Origin: an uncultured delta proteobacterium
Lineage (GTDB): Bacteria; Desulfobacterota; Binatia; UBA9968
Direction of reading: 5' to 3'
Assembly (NCBI GenBank): GCA_963847445.1
Contig: CAWJZV010000041.1
Coordinates: forward strand, 64,001 to 128,000
DNA length: 64,000 nucleotides
Under the pieces are notes generated by a model. The model ran no database searches. It was not told the DNA's origin and worked only from the letters and a program-made list of their open reading frames with translations. Shown here in pieces: positions 30,553 to 38,893 of this stretch. Every line of letters begins with the position of its first letter. Position 1 is the stretch's first letter. Both the position numbers and the translations under genes were made by a program.

Positions 30553-31542
30553 CTACGGGTTCGCGCCTTTGGCTTCGAGCTCTTTCCGCACTTCTTCCGC
30601 CCAGCGCAGGTCGAAAAAATTTTCCGCGGCGAGCGGCTTATCGAGCTTGAGCGGGATCCGCAGTTCGTTTTCGAGGATGCTCTTTACTCCTTCGGCGGAA
30701 GGCACGCCGGGGATGCCGGGCGGAAAGGCGCGGGTGTAGCTGCGGATCGCCTCGGTCAACATCGGCTTGGTGATGTTTCTAATTCTCAAGCGGCGTAGCG
30801 CGATGTCGGCAGCGTCTTCGGGCCGCTCTCGGATGAACAGTAAAGAGCGGGTCATCGCCCGGAGCCATCTTTTGACCTGTGCCGGGTTTTCGGCGAGCTT
30901 CTGATTGGTCACGACGTAGCCCTGAAAGGGTAGGGTGAAAATATCGCCCATGAAGACAAGTTTGCGCAGCCCTTCACGTTCGGCGGCGACGGTGCCGGCG
31001 GGATCAAGCACGACGGCGGCAACGTTACCGCTTTTGAGGCCGAGGATTTTGTCGCCGATGCTCGTGCCTAATGAGATTCTAGTGATCTCCTTGGCCGACA
31101 CGCCGGCACGTTCGGCATACAGCGTGATGAAGCGGTCTTCGCTGTCGCCGATCAGGGCGACGCCGATTTTCTTGCCCTTGAGGTCGGATCCCTGGCTGAT
31201 GCTTGGATGAACGACTAAATACCAAGTCGGTTTTTCGGTTTGATAGAAGATCGCCTTGAGCGGCGCACCGCGCACGGCGCCGCGCAGGCCGCTGCCGCCG
31301 GCGCCGCTGAAATCGACGTCGCCGCTGACCAATGCCGCGATGCCGGCCGGGCCACCAATGGCGATGGTTTCGTTGTCCAAGCCTTCGTCGCGGAAGAATT
31401 TACGCTCCTCGGCGCTGTACACGCTCAGATAATTGAGATTCGCGCCGGGGATGGCGGTGCGGATCTTTTCGGCGCGCGCGCTGGCGGCGAGCCAAGCGAC
31501 GCAGAACAGGACAAGGATGAAACTAACACGGCGGCCGATCAT
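30553..31542 (-). CDS. NitT/TauT-type substrate-binding protein
   Basis: Signal peptide, FFRDEGLDNE, ALVSGDVDF, DLKGKKIGV. Confidence 0.85.
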   Translation of the reverse strand: MIGRRVSFILVLFCVAWLAASARAEKIRTAIPGANLNYLSVYSAEERKFFRDEGLDNETIAIGGPAGIAALVSGDVDFSGAGGSGLRGAVRGAPLKAIFYQTEKPTWYLVVHPSISQGSDLKGKKIGVALIGDSEDRFITLYAERAGVSAKEITRISLGTSIGDKILGLKSGNVAAVVLDPAGTVAAEREGLRKLVFMGDIFTLPFQGYVVTNQKLAENPAQVKRWLRAMTRSLLFIRERPEDAADIALRRLRIRNITKPMLTEAIRSYTRAFPPGIPGVPSAEGVKSILENELRIPLKLDKPLAAENFFDLRWAEEVRKELEAKGANP

Positions 31543-31594
31543 GGAACCTCCAATCCGGTTTGGGTTATTTCACGCCAAGGAGGAACGGGTTTGT

Positions 31595-31660
31595 TCACCA
31601 CGAAGTCACGAAGGACACGAAGGGATGCAAGGGAAGGGCGGGTTGCAAACCCGCCCCTGC
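31595..31660. repeat. CACGAAG 9-mer repeats plus REP
   Basis: CACCACGAAGTCACGAAGGACACGAAG; AGGGCGGGTTGCAAACCCGCCCCTGC. Confidence 0.65.
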
Positions 31661-31748
31661 GAAACATCGTGTCTCTTGGTATCCTTCCCAGTGAATACTC
31701 GTTCACACTAGGACCCTTACTTTAGAGGCGAGCATGGATCGTCAGCCA

Positions 31749-32930
31749 TCATCGTGCGCTCGCATGATGCCCCTGCTGGTAGTGCAAGCGCAACAGGTCC
31801 TTGCCGTAGTCGTTGCCGTTGGGTGTGCGCAGGATGACATGGATATGATCTTTGTACGGCTTAGCGCGTTCGCGAAAGGCGATGCCGCGTTGGTGGTCGA
31901 ATTCGACGATGATCACCGGACTCTGGACGCGATAGTAAAAGACGCCGTCGTCAGAGCCGCCGCCCATCCAGCAAAAGTAGGTGTCGTTCAAATGGCGCCT
32001 GACTTCGTCCATCTTGACCTGGGCATGGCCGTCGCGCATGCGACTGACGTGGTATTCCACCAAGCCGAGCAGCAACTCATGTTGCGCGCTGGACAGCTCG
32101 CCGGAGCGGATGCCTTGGTAATCGAGCACGAGGTTGTCGCGAAACGCCGTGGTAAAGTCTTCGCCGGTAGTCTCGGGCGCGATCACCGTTTTCACGCGTT
32201 GCGGTTCCGATAGCGAGCGGAACAATGCCAGGCCGCGGTCTTCGTCGCCCTTGAATGCGCGCACGCCGGCGTATTTGCCGCTGACGGCATGCACCGGTTC
32301 CGCGCCCAAGAACGTCGGTGTCACGACGATCCGATCGCCGAGGATAAAATAATTGATGATCAAATGATGGCCGTCCCACTGCCAGCCCCAGGGTTCGGTG
32401 GCCGACGGCGCGCCCATGATGCTGAGCCAGTAGAGGTCCTCTCCATATTCACTGAGCCTACCGGTCATCTCTTGCACGGTTTCATTCAAGTGCATGAGAT
32501 CGAGCGTTTCCTCGAAGCCCCGTTGACTTAAACTTTCACGCAGGAGCGCAAAGGCGCAGTCACGCTGGCCGTCGGTCATCTCGAATAGCGCCGTGCCGTG
32601 GCGCATCAGCGTCGGATGAATATTGCTCCACTTGCGCCACTGGTCGGTGTCGACCGGAAAGAGTGTCTTGGCGCGCTGCTCAGCGGTCAGCGATGCGAGA
32701 AAAGCTTCGGCCGCCTGGCGAATCGACTGTGTCGATATGCCGGTCGTTTGCAGATTGAAGAGATTGGGAATGACATCACCATTGCTCGTTATCCCTTTAA
32801 ACGGTTCGGCGGCGGCCGCCAGAGATTTCTCCACATAATTCGGCGGACCGCCTTTGGTGAAGAGCGGTCGACTGGGGCCGCGTTGGTTGCAGGTTTCATG
32901 AAGGCCGCGGGTGCGTGGATCGATAGCCAT
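31749..32930 (-). CDS. DUF3500-like protein
   Basis: AA.AFLASL, W.WSN, PWGWQWDGHHL..N, TPTFLGAEP, YYRVQSP, HIH..RTPNGNDYG. Confidence 0.8.
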   Translation of the reverse strand: MAIDPRTRGLHETCNQRGPSRPLFTKGGPPNYVEKSLAAAAEPFKGITSNGDVIPNLFNLQTTGISTQSIRQAAEAFLASLTAEQRAKTLFPVDTDQWRKWSNIHPTLMRHGTALFEMTDGQRDCAFALLRESLSQRGFEETLDLMHLNETVQEMTGRLSEYGEDLYWLSIMGAPSATEPWGWQWDGHHLIINYFILGDRIVVTPTFLGAEPVHAVSGKYAGVRAFKGDEDRGLALFRSLSEPQRVKTVIAPETTGEDFTTAFRDNLVLDYQGIRSGELSSAQHELLLGLVEYHVSRMRDGHAQVKMDEVRRHLNDTYFCWMGGGSDDGVFYYRVQSPVIIVEFDHQRGIAFRERAKPYKDHIHVILRTPNGNDYGKDLLRLHYQQGHHASAR

Positions 32931-33150
32931 GCGTCATTCCTCCGACCGGTCACCTTTAGTGTGATTGAATGCGGAATGTCAAGATGAAATGGATGCGGTG
33001 AGGACTGAATAATGTCAGGAGTGAAAAGTAAGCGGCTAAGTAGAAAATAGCCAGGAGTTTGCTTCACGGCCAATCGTATGGCGCAATGATGGGCATGATT
33101 CAATTGTTTGGCAAAGACTTCAGCGCCGGTGCTCCAAGTCATGTTGCTTC

Positions 33151-33181
33151 GATGGGTATCGCTACGCTCCACCCATCCTAC
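33151..33181 (-). repeat. GTAG REP overlapping the ferredoxin stop codon
   Basis: GTAG-GATGGGTGGAGCGTAGCGATACCCATC on the minus strand. Confidence 0.8.
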
Positions 33182-33393
33182 GGGGTTGCTGGCTCATATT
33201 GTGCCAACGCACCCGGCTCCGGGCAGTAGGGCAGGCAGTCGGCGCAGCCGGTGCATTCATTCTCAATCACTTCGTACATGTGATGGATGTCTTGCATCTT
33301 CGGATGGACGGCGCGTTCGGGGCAGACTTCGCGGCACAGGCCGCAGGCGATACAGAGGGTTTCGACGATTTTAACTTTCATGTTTGCGTTCAT
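33178..33393 (-). CDS. 2[4Fe-4S] ferredoxin
   Basis: CIACGLCREVCP and CTGCADCLPYCP. Confidence 0.9.
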   Translation of the reverse strand: MNANMKVKIVETLCIACGLCREVCPERAVHPKMQDIHHMYEVIENECTGCADCLPYCPEPGALAQYEPATP

Positions 33394-33394
33394 T

Positions 33395-34136
33395 TCACGC
33401 GCTGCCGCCCAAGGCGCGGCTCGGTTCGGGCGCCCAGGGGCGCAGGAGAAAATCGAAAACCTCTTCGATGGGCTTCTGGTCCTCGGGCGTTAACGCGTAG
33501 GCGTCGATCTGATATTTGCCTTCCATGAAGTGCATCAGTTCTTCCGCCGACTGGCTGTGCAGTTGATGGCGGATCAGGTCGTCGTCGATGACGCTCAACG
33601 TCGCGGCAATGCCGAGGCAGGCCATCGACTCGTTGTAATAGTGCTGGCCGGCGCGGGCGAGGGGGTGGATATGCGGGAACATGGCGGTCATGCCGAAATA
33701 GGACAGCTTCGGCTGGGTATTCGCCCGCGCATCGTCCATCAACTCTTCTTCGCGCTTGATGAAGCCGCCGCGCAGCAGCACATCGGCGTGGAGCTGGCCA
33801 TGCTTGACCTCGTCCCAGATTTGCCGGGCGCGCATGCGCTGCAGGTCGATATACTTTGGTTGCTGGTCGACGCTGACCGAAAGAATTTGCGTTGACATTT
33901 GTTTCAATGACATGAACGGTCCTTCGGCAGCGTAGCCGCCGCGCGCCCGCGCCGCTTTGTATTCGTCGCTGCCCGATCGCAAATCGTTCTCGGCGGCTTT
34001 GATCGCCTGCAGCACCAGCTTGTCCCACAGCGGCAGGCAGCGCTCGGTCTGGCGCAGGCGGAAGTCGACGCCGGGGCCGGTGAAGCCGGTCGGATACACC
34101 CATTTGTCTAGGAAATTCTGTCAGAATGGGATGCAT
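33395..34136 (-). CDS. ferritin-like diiron-carboxylate protein (complete ligand set)
   Basis: E59..DE97VKH100..E157..EE187LMH190 (ORF-track numbering); start MHPILTEFLDKWVYP restored by removing one base near 34113. Confidence 0.78.
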
Positions 34137-34146
34137 TTGAAGCTCC

Positions 34147-34227
34147 GTTCCAAAGGTTCCATAGTTCCAGGGGTTCCAGTCGTTCAAAACGTTCAAGCCG
34201 TTCAAATCGTTCGTTCATGGTTCAAGG
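34147..34227. repeat. GTTC(A/C)ANNN ~9-mer tandem array
   Basis: GTTCCAAAG GTTCCATA GTTCCAGGG GTTCCAGTC GTTCAAAAC GTTCAAGCC GTTCAAATC. Confidence 0.75.
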
Positions 34228-34228
34228 G

Positions 34229-34507
34229 CTAAGGTTGGCGCGGCCAGCGTTTGTTTTCGGTCCAGACTTCCGGCGGCGGTGGCACCATCGAACGGCCGGT
34301 GGCGGTTTCGACGATGGAGCCTTCCGCCGGACAGTACATCAAGCACACCGTGCAACCTGGATAGGTGCAGCGCTCGTCGATTTCCAAAAAATGCTGCGAT
34401 GTCGGCGACACGACGACGGCATTGATCTCGATCTCGCGGCAAGCGACGTAGCACATGCGGCATTCGGTGCATTTACCATGATCAATTTTGAGTTTTGGTG
34501 TCGCCAT
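34229..34507 (-). CDS. 2[4Fe-4S] ferredoxin (variant second motif)
   Basis: CTECRMCYVAC and CTYPGCTVCLMYCP. Confidence 0.85.
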   Translation of the reverse strand: MATPKLKIDHGKCTECRMCYVACREIEINAVVVSPTSQHFLEIDERCTYPGCTVCLMYCPAEGSIVETATGRSMVPPPPEVWTENKRWPRQP

Positions 34508-34540
34508 CTTGTTGTCTATCAGACCTATTGAAAAACGTTT

Positions 34541-34690
34541 GTTTCAAGTGTTCCAAAAAGTTCCAGAGGTTCCAATCGTTCAAGCCGTTCAAAACGTTCA
34601 ATGCGTTTGGTTCAAGGTCAGAGTTCGGAATCGATTGAACTTTTGAACGCCTTCGATATAACTCAGGCCAGGCTCGTGAACCCTTGAACG
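34541..34690. repeat. GTTC(A/C)A array with opposing TTGAAC arm
   Basis: GTTCCAGAG GTTCCAATC GTTCAAGCC GTTCAAAAC GTTCAATGC ... TTGAACTTTTGAAC..TGAACCCTTGAAC. Confidence 0.72.
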
Positions 34691-34701
34691 GCTGTTATCT
34701 T

Positions 34702-35451
34702 TTAATCTATATCCGCCTGCACGGTCACTTCTCCGGCTTTCTCTTCGGCCATGCCGAGGACGAAGCGGGCGGTTTCTTCGAGGAAGAACAGATAGTCGCG
34801 CTTGGTTTCCGTGCACAGGCGTTTGGCCAATTCGCTGTCGACCGCCTTGTGAACGTACCGCTCGACCTGGTGTTGGCCCATCAGCACATGGCTGCGGGTC
34901 TCGGCCAGTTGACTGTGAAATACCGCGCGCATGGATTGATCCGGCAACGACTCGGCGAATCTCTCGGTCCAGGCGAGCTCGATGACCTTCGGGCCGAGAT
35001 TGAGCGCGGCGATGCGGATGTTGTGCGGATAGTTGGCCAGCGCGCGCAGGCAAAATATATAGGCGCCAGTGCGGGTGGCGGTGCCGAACTGGCCGTAGGG
35101 ATGGGCGAACAGCGCGCGCTGGGTCGGCACGAAACGGCGGCGGAGAATCTCGTCGCAGTACTGCATTTCCTGCGACGACTCGTCGTAGGTCTGCTTGCCG
35201 AAGAGATAGGCGACAGCCGGCGGATACTCGTTTAGATTTATTCCTTGCGCCCAGCCGCCGTAGACATAGTAGAGCATGCGTTTGAGCGTCCACAGCCGGG
35301 CGAGCAGGCGAAAGCAGTGGTCGTTGGTGAACTTACCCGCGCGCGCGGCGTCGACCACGGCGTCCATCGGCGTGATGGCGGCGTCCTGCTCGCTTTGTTT
35401 GAGCAGCTGCAAGGCGAGGGCCGCGCCGGGTTTGTCGGAAGTAGATGACAT
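34702..35451 (-). CDS. ferritin-like protein with degenerate metal ligands (paralog of 33395-34136)
   Basis: QTYDESSQ..D..LR..F aligns to QIWDEVKH..D..LR..F; HSQLAETRSH..G..Q..Y aligns to HSQSAEELMH..G..Q..Y. Confidence 0.72.
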   Translation of the reverse strand: MSSTSDKPGAALALQLLKQSEQDAAITPMDAVVDAARAGKFTNDHCFRLLARLWTLKRMLYYVYGGWAQGINLNEYPPAVAYLFGKQTYDESSQEMQYCDEILRRRFVPTQRALFAHPYGQFGTATRTGAYIFCLRALANYPHNIRIAALNLGPKVIELAWTERFAESLPDQSMRAVFHSQLAETRSHVLMGQHQVERYVHKAVDSELAKRLCTETKRDYLFFLEETARFVLGMAEEKAGEVTVQADID

Positions 35452-35526
35452 CGCGTTTGATCAACTTGTCTTTTGGTCAATCAAGGATTAACCGTCATCC
35501 AGTGGGTGGTTAGGACAGGGCGAGAG

Positions 35527-36643
35527 TTAGCTCGCTGCCAACAAGCGCTCGTGCCCCTTCTTTGAGATCGCCGCCAATTGATCGGTGATCAGCGTCCAAC
35601 TTTCGCCGTTGTCTTCGCTGCAGTAAACCTCGCCGCCAGTTGTCCCGCCGAAGATCGCGCAGTTGCCGTTGGCTTCTTCGAGACAGAGCGCGCCGAACTC
35701 ATGCTTCAAGCTTGCCGGCAGTCCGCCGGCGAGGCGCTGCCAATTTTTGCCGCCGTCCTTGCTGCGATAGATTTTTCCTTCGGCACGGGCAGCCGGTCCG
35801 GCTTTGCGCCAGGTCACCGGATTATGCTCGGCGGCGGCGACGAACATGGTGTCGGGATTTTTTGGATTCCACACGAAACCGTCGGGATAGACATCTTTCG
35901 CCCAATCCGTCCGCCGTCCAGCGTTCCCAGCTGCCGCCGCCGGTGTGGGTGACGTAAAGTCCGGCGCCGCCGGTGACGTAGATTCTCTGCGGATCGCGCG
36001 GGTCGATCAGACAACGGTGCACGTCGTAGAAGTGTTCCACCGGGCGGTTCTTGTCTTTGTACAGGCCCACGGTGTTGAGCTCGCGCCAGCTCTTGCCGAG
36101 GTCGGTGCTTTTGAGAAACGCGCCTTGCTCGACGCAGGCGTAGAGCGTGTGCGCATCGCGGGGATCGAAGGTAATGAATTTCGTATGGGCGATATGCGGC
36201 GGCGCCGGGAAGGACCATTGGCCGGTGGTCGGCACTTCGCGCAGCGAGGGAATTTCGCTCCAATGCATGCCCAAGTCTTCGCTGACGAACAAATGCGCCG
36301 GTTGGGTGCCGGCGTAGACGCGGACTTTGCCGTCGACGACGTGGGCGGCCAGGCTGTAGACGTCGTGGATCGTCATGCCGTTATCGCGGCGCTCCCAGGT
36401 TTTGCCGCCGTCGGCGCTGGCGTGAATCGAGCCGAAGAACGCGCCGGCGAACATGGTGCCGGTGGTCTGCTCGAAGATGATCGCGCTGATATGCTGACCG
36501 CGCAGGGCGCGCTGGGTTTCGCGCCAGCCATCGTTGCCGCGCTCGAATAGCACAAGCCCATCCTGGGTGGCGACCCAAAGCTGCTTGGAGCGCTCGCCCG
36601 CCGAATAAACATTGGTCCCGCCGTGAGAGAGTCCGATTGCCAT
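35527..36643 (-). CDS. BNR/Asp-box beta-propeller protein, frameshifted near 35895
   Basis: SADGGKTW, SEDLGMHW, STDLGKSW, SKDGGKNW, SEDNGESW; GGAGGTG RBS; no signal peptide. Confidence 0.82.
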
Positions 36644-36809
36644 AGGTCACCTCCGCTATGCTTGCTTTGATTTGCCAACCTTGCGATAGGCGCACTCTAG
36701 CAACCGAGGTTCTTCGCCGTCAATGGTTCGCCGCGAGATTAAGTTTGGCGCCATTGACGGCGCGGCGCCGCTTCGGTTAGTTTCCGGCCATGGGCTTTGA
36801 GGGTTGCCA

Positions 36810-37814
36810 ATGAGAATCGCTAGACTGTATTTGCTGCTGCTGGCACTGGTTGGGAGTTTGTTGGCGCTTGAGAGCCACGCGCAGATCAGCAAAACCACGA
36901 CCTCCTATGTTTCCGATTCGGCCGGTGTCCTGCCGCTCTGGCTCGCCAAGGAAGCCGGTATCTTCGCGCGCAACGGCTTGGATGTGCAGGCGGTGCGCGT
37001 GCACGCCTCGGTCGGAGTCATGGCGCTGATGTCCGGCGAGCTGCAATTCGTTCTGATATCCGGACCGGTGGCGGTCGAAAGCGCCCTGCGCGGCTCCAAT
37101 ATGGTCTACGTCGCCGGCGGCATGTCGACGCTGGACTTTGTCCTCGTCACCCGGCCGGAAATCAAAACTGCCGAGCAACTCAAAGGCGGCATCGTCGGCC
37201 TGTCGGCGATCCGCGGCGCCAATCCGACCGCCACCCGATTCGCGCTGCAAAAGCTTGGCCTGGCGCCCAAGGACGTATCGCTCCAGGTGGTCGGCGGTAT
37301 CAGCGAGCGAATCGCCAGCCTGCGCCTGGGAAAAATCCACGGCACACTGTTCAGTCCGCCGCAAAGCATCACGGCGCAGCGCGAAGGCTTCAATGCCCTG
37401 GCGGATGTCGCCGAACTCGGCTTGCCGTTCGTGCATATCGGCGTGGCGACCACCCGCGCCGTCATCCGGGATAAACCGGACATCGTGCGCCGCTACGTCA
37501 AATCCCATGTCGAGGCGGTCGCGCTGATGAAAACCGATCGCGAATTGTCGATCAAGGTGCTGGCGAAATATCTTGGGCAAATAAAAGAGCGCGATGTGCT
37601 GGCGCAATCTTATGACACCGCCGCGCCGGACAACCGGATCTCGCGCAAACAGTATCCGTCCGTCGCCGGTCTGCAAATGGCCCTCGATCTATTGGCGGAC
37701 GATAATCCGAAGGCGAAGGTTGCCAAACCGGAGGACTTCATCGATAACCGTTTTATCAAAGAGCTCGACGACAGCGGCTATATCGACAGTCTGTATAAGC
37801 TCAAGCCGCGCTGA
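36810..37814 (+). CDS. NitT/TauT-type substrate-binding protein
   Basis: Signal peptide, PLWLAKEAGIFARNGLDV, FIKELDDSGYID. Confidence 0.85.
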   Translation: MRIARLYLLLLALVGSLLALESHAQISKTTTSYVSDSAGVLPLWLAKEAGIFARNGLDVQAVRVHASVGVMALMSGELQFVLISGPVAVESALRGSNMVYVAGGMSTLDFVLVTRPEIKTAEQLKGGIVGLSAIRGANPTATRFALQKLGLAPKDVSLQVVGGISERIASLRLGKIHGTLFSPPQSITAQREGFNALADVAELGLPFVHIGVATTRAVIRDKPDIVRRYVKSHVEAVALMKTDRELSIKVLAKYLGQIKERDVLAQSYDTAAPDNRISRKQYPSVAGLQMALDLLADDNPKAKVAKPEDFIDNRFIKELDDSGYIDSLYKLKPR

Positions 37815-37903
37815 GAGAACTAAAAATTCGCGATGGCGTGGTGCGGTAGTTAACTTGACTGAAATGGTTCATTTCTCTAGGCTCCGTGGCGGGGGACAAA
37901 CAA

Positions 37904-38860
37904 ATGTTTGAGCGCCGATCTTGGCTTTGCCTAACAGTGCTATTGCTCGTTGGCAGCATCCGGCCCGCTGCCATCGATGCCCGGATGGTCGTCGGCGTGT
38001 CGACGGTGAACGTCGCCTTCTTGCCAATCTATCTGACCCAAGACAAAGGCTTCTTCAAAGACGAGGGCTTGGACGTTCTCGTCGTCATGTTCAACGCCGG
38101 CGCGACTAATCTTCAGGCGATGATCGGCGGCGACGTGCAGGTCATGGCCGGCGGCGTGCCGGAGACGGTGCTTGCCAGGGCAGGCGGCTTGGATATCAAA
38201 AATTTTTGGGCGATCTCCAATCTTATGCCGTTTCAGATCTACGGCAGCCCGAGCCTAAAATCGCTGAAGGACGGCAAGGGGAAAAAGTTTGCCATCAGCC
38301 GCTTCGGCTCGTTGTCGGAATTTCTTACCCGCTCGGCGCTGCGCCGGGCCGGAGTCGATCCCAAAGACGTTACCATGGTGCAGATCGGCGCCACGCCGGC
38401 GCGCTTTACCACGCTGGCAAGCGGCATCGTCGATGCGACGATTCTATGGTTTCCCGTCACCGAGCGCGCCAAAGCGGTTGGCTTGAATAAGCTCTTCGAT
38501 CTGAAAGAGCTCTATCCCAACTGGACCAACGTCGGCTTTGTCGCCCGCGAAAGCTGGCTCGCCAAAGAAAAAGAGCAAGCGACGAAATTTTTGCGCGCTT
38601 ACCAGCGTGGGGTGAAGCACACTCGCGAGAATCGCGACGATGGCATTCGCGCCTTGAGAAAATATGTTGGACTAGACGCCGCCGAAGCCGCCGCCGGATA
38701 CGACGAGTACCGCGATTCCTTTCCAATGGACGGGCGCATCCTCGACGCCGGCATTACCGCGACGGTCGAGCAGGAGATCGAGACCGGCAGGCTAAAGGGA
38801 AAAATCTCGCTGAGCGAGATGATCGACGGCAGCTTCATCAATTTGCTCGGAAAAAAGTAG
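37904..38860 (+). CDS. NitT/TauT-type substrate-binding protein
   Basis: Signal peptide, KGFFKDEGLDV, KFAISRFGS, KFLRAY. Confidence 0.85.
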   Translation: MFERRSWLCLTVLLLVGSIRPAAIDARMVVGVSTVNVAFLPIYLTQDKGFFKDEGLDVLVVMFNAGATNLQAMIGGDVQVMAGGVPETVLARAGGLDIKNFWAISNLMPFQIYGSPSLKSLKDGKGKKFAISRFGSLSEFLTRSALRRAGVDPKDVTMVQIGATPARFTTLASGIVDATILWFPVTERAKAVGLNKLFDLKELYPNWTNVGFVARESWLAKEKEQATKFLRAYQRGVKHTRENRDDGIRALRKYVGLDAAEAAAGYDEYRDSFPMDGRILDAGITATVEQEIETGRLKGKISLSEMIDGSFINLLGKK

Positions 38861-38893
38861 CGTATCGCTGGTTCATTCAGGGGAACCCAAAAC

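Noticed and set aside
33395-34136. AurF/CmlI N-oxygenase or RNR R2 assignment
   Set aside because: Lacks the HxxDExxH extra His (has QSAEELMH); short, and no R1 subunit nearby.
34147-34690. GTTC-rich arrays as CRISPR
   Set aside because: Period is 7-9 bp with no 25-40 bp repeats, no unique spacers and no cas genes.
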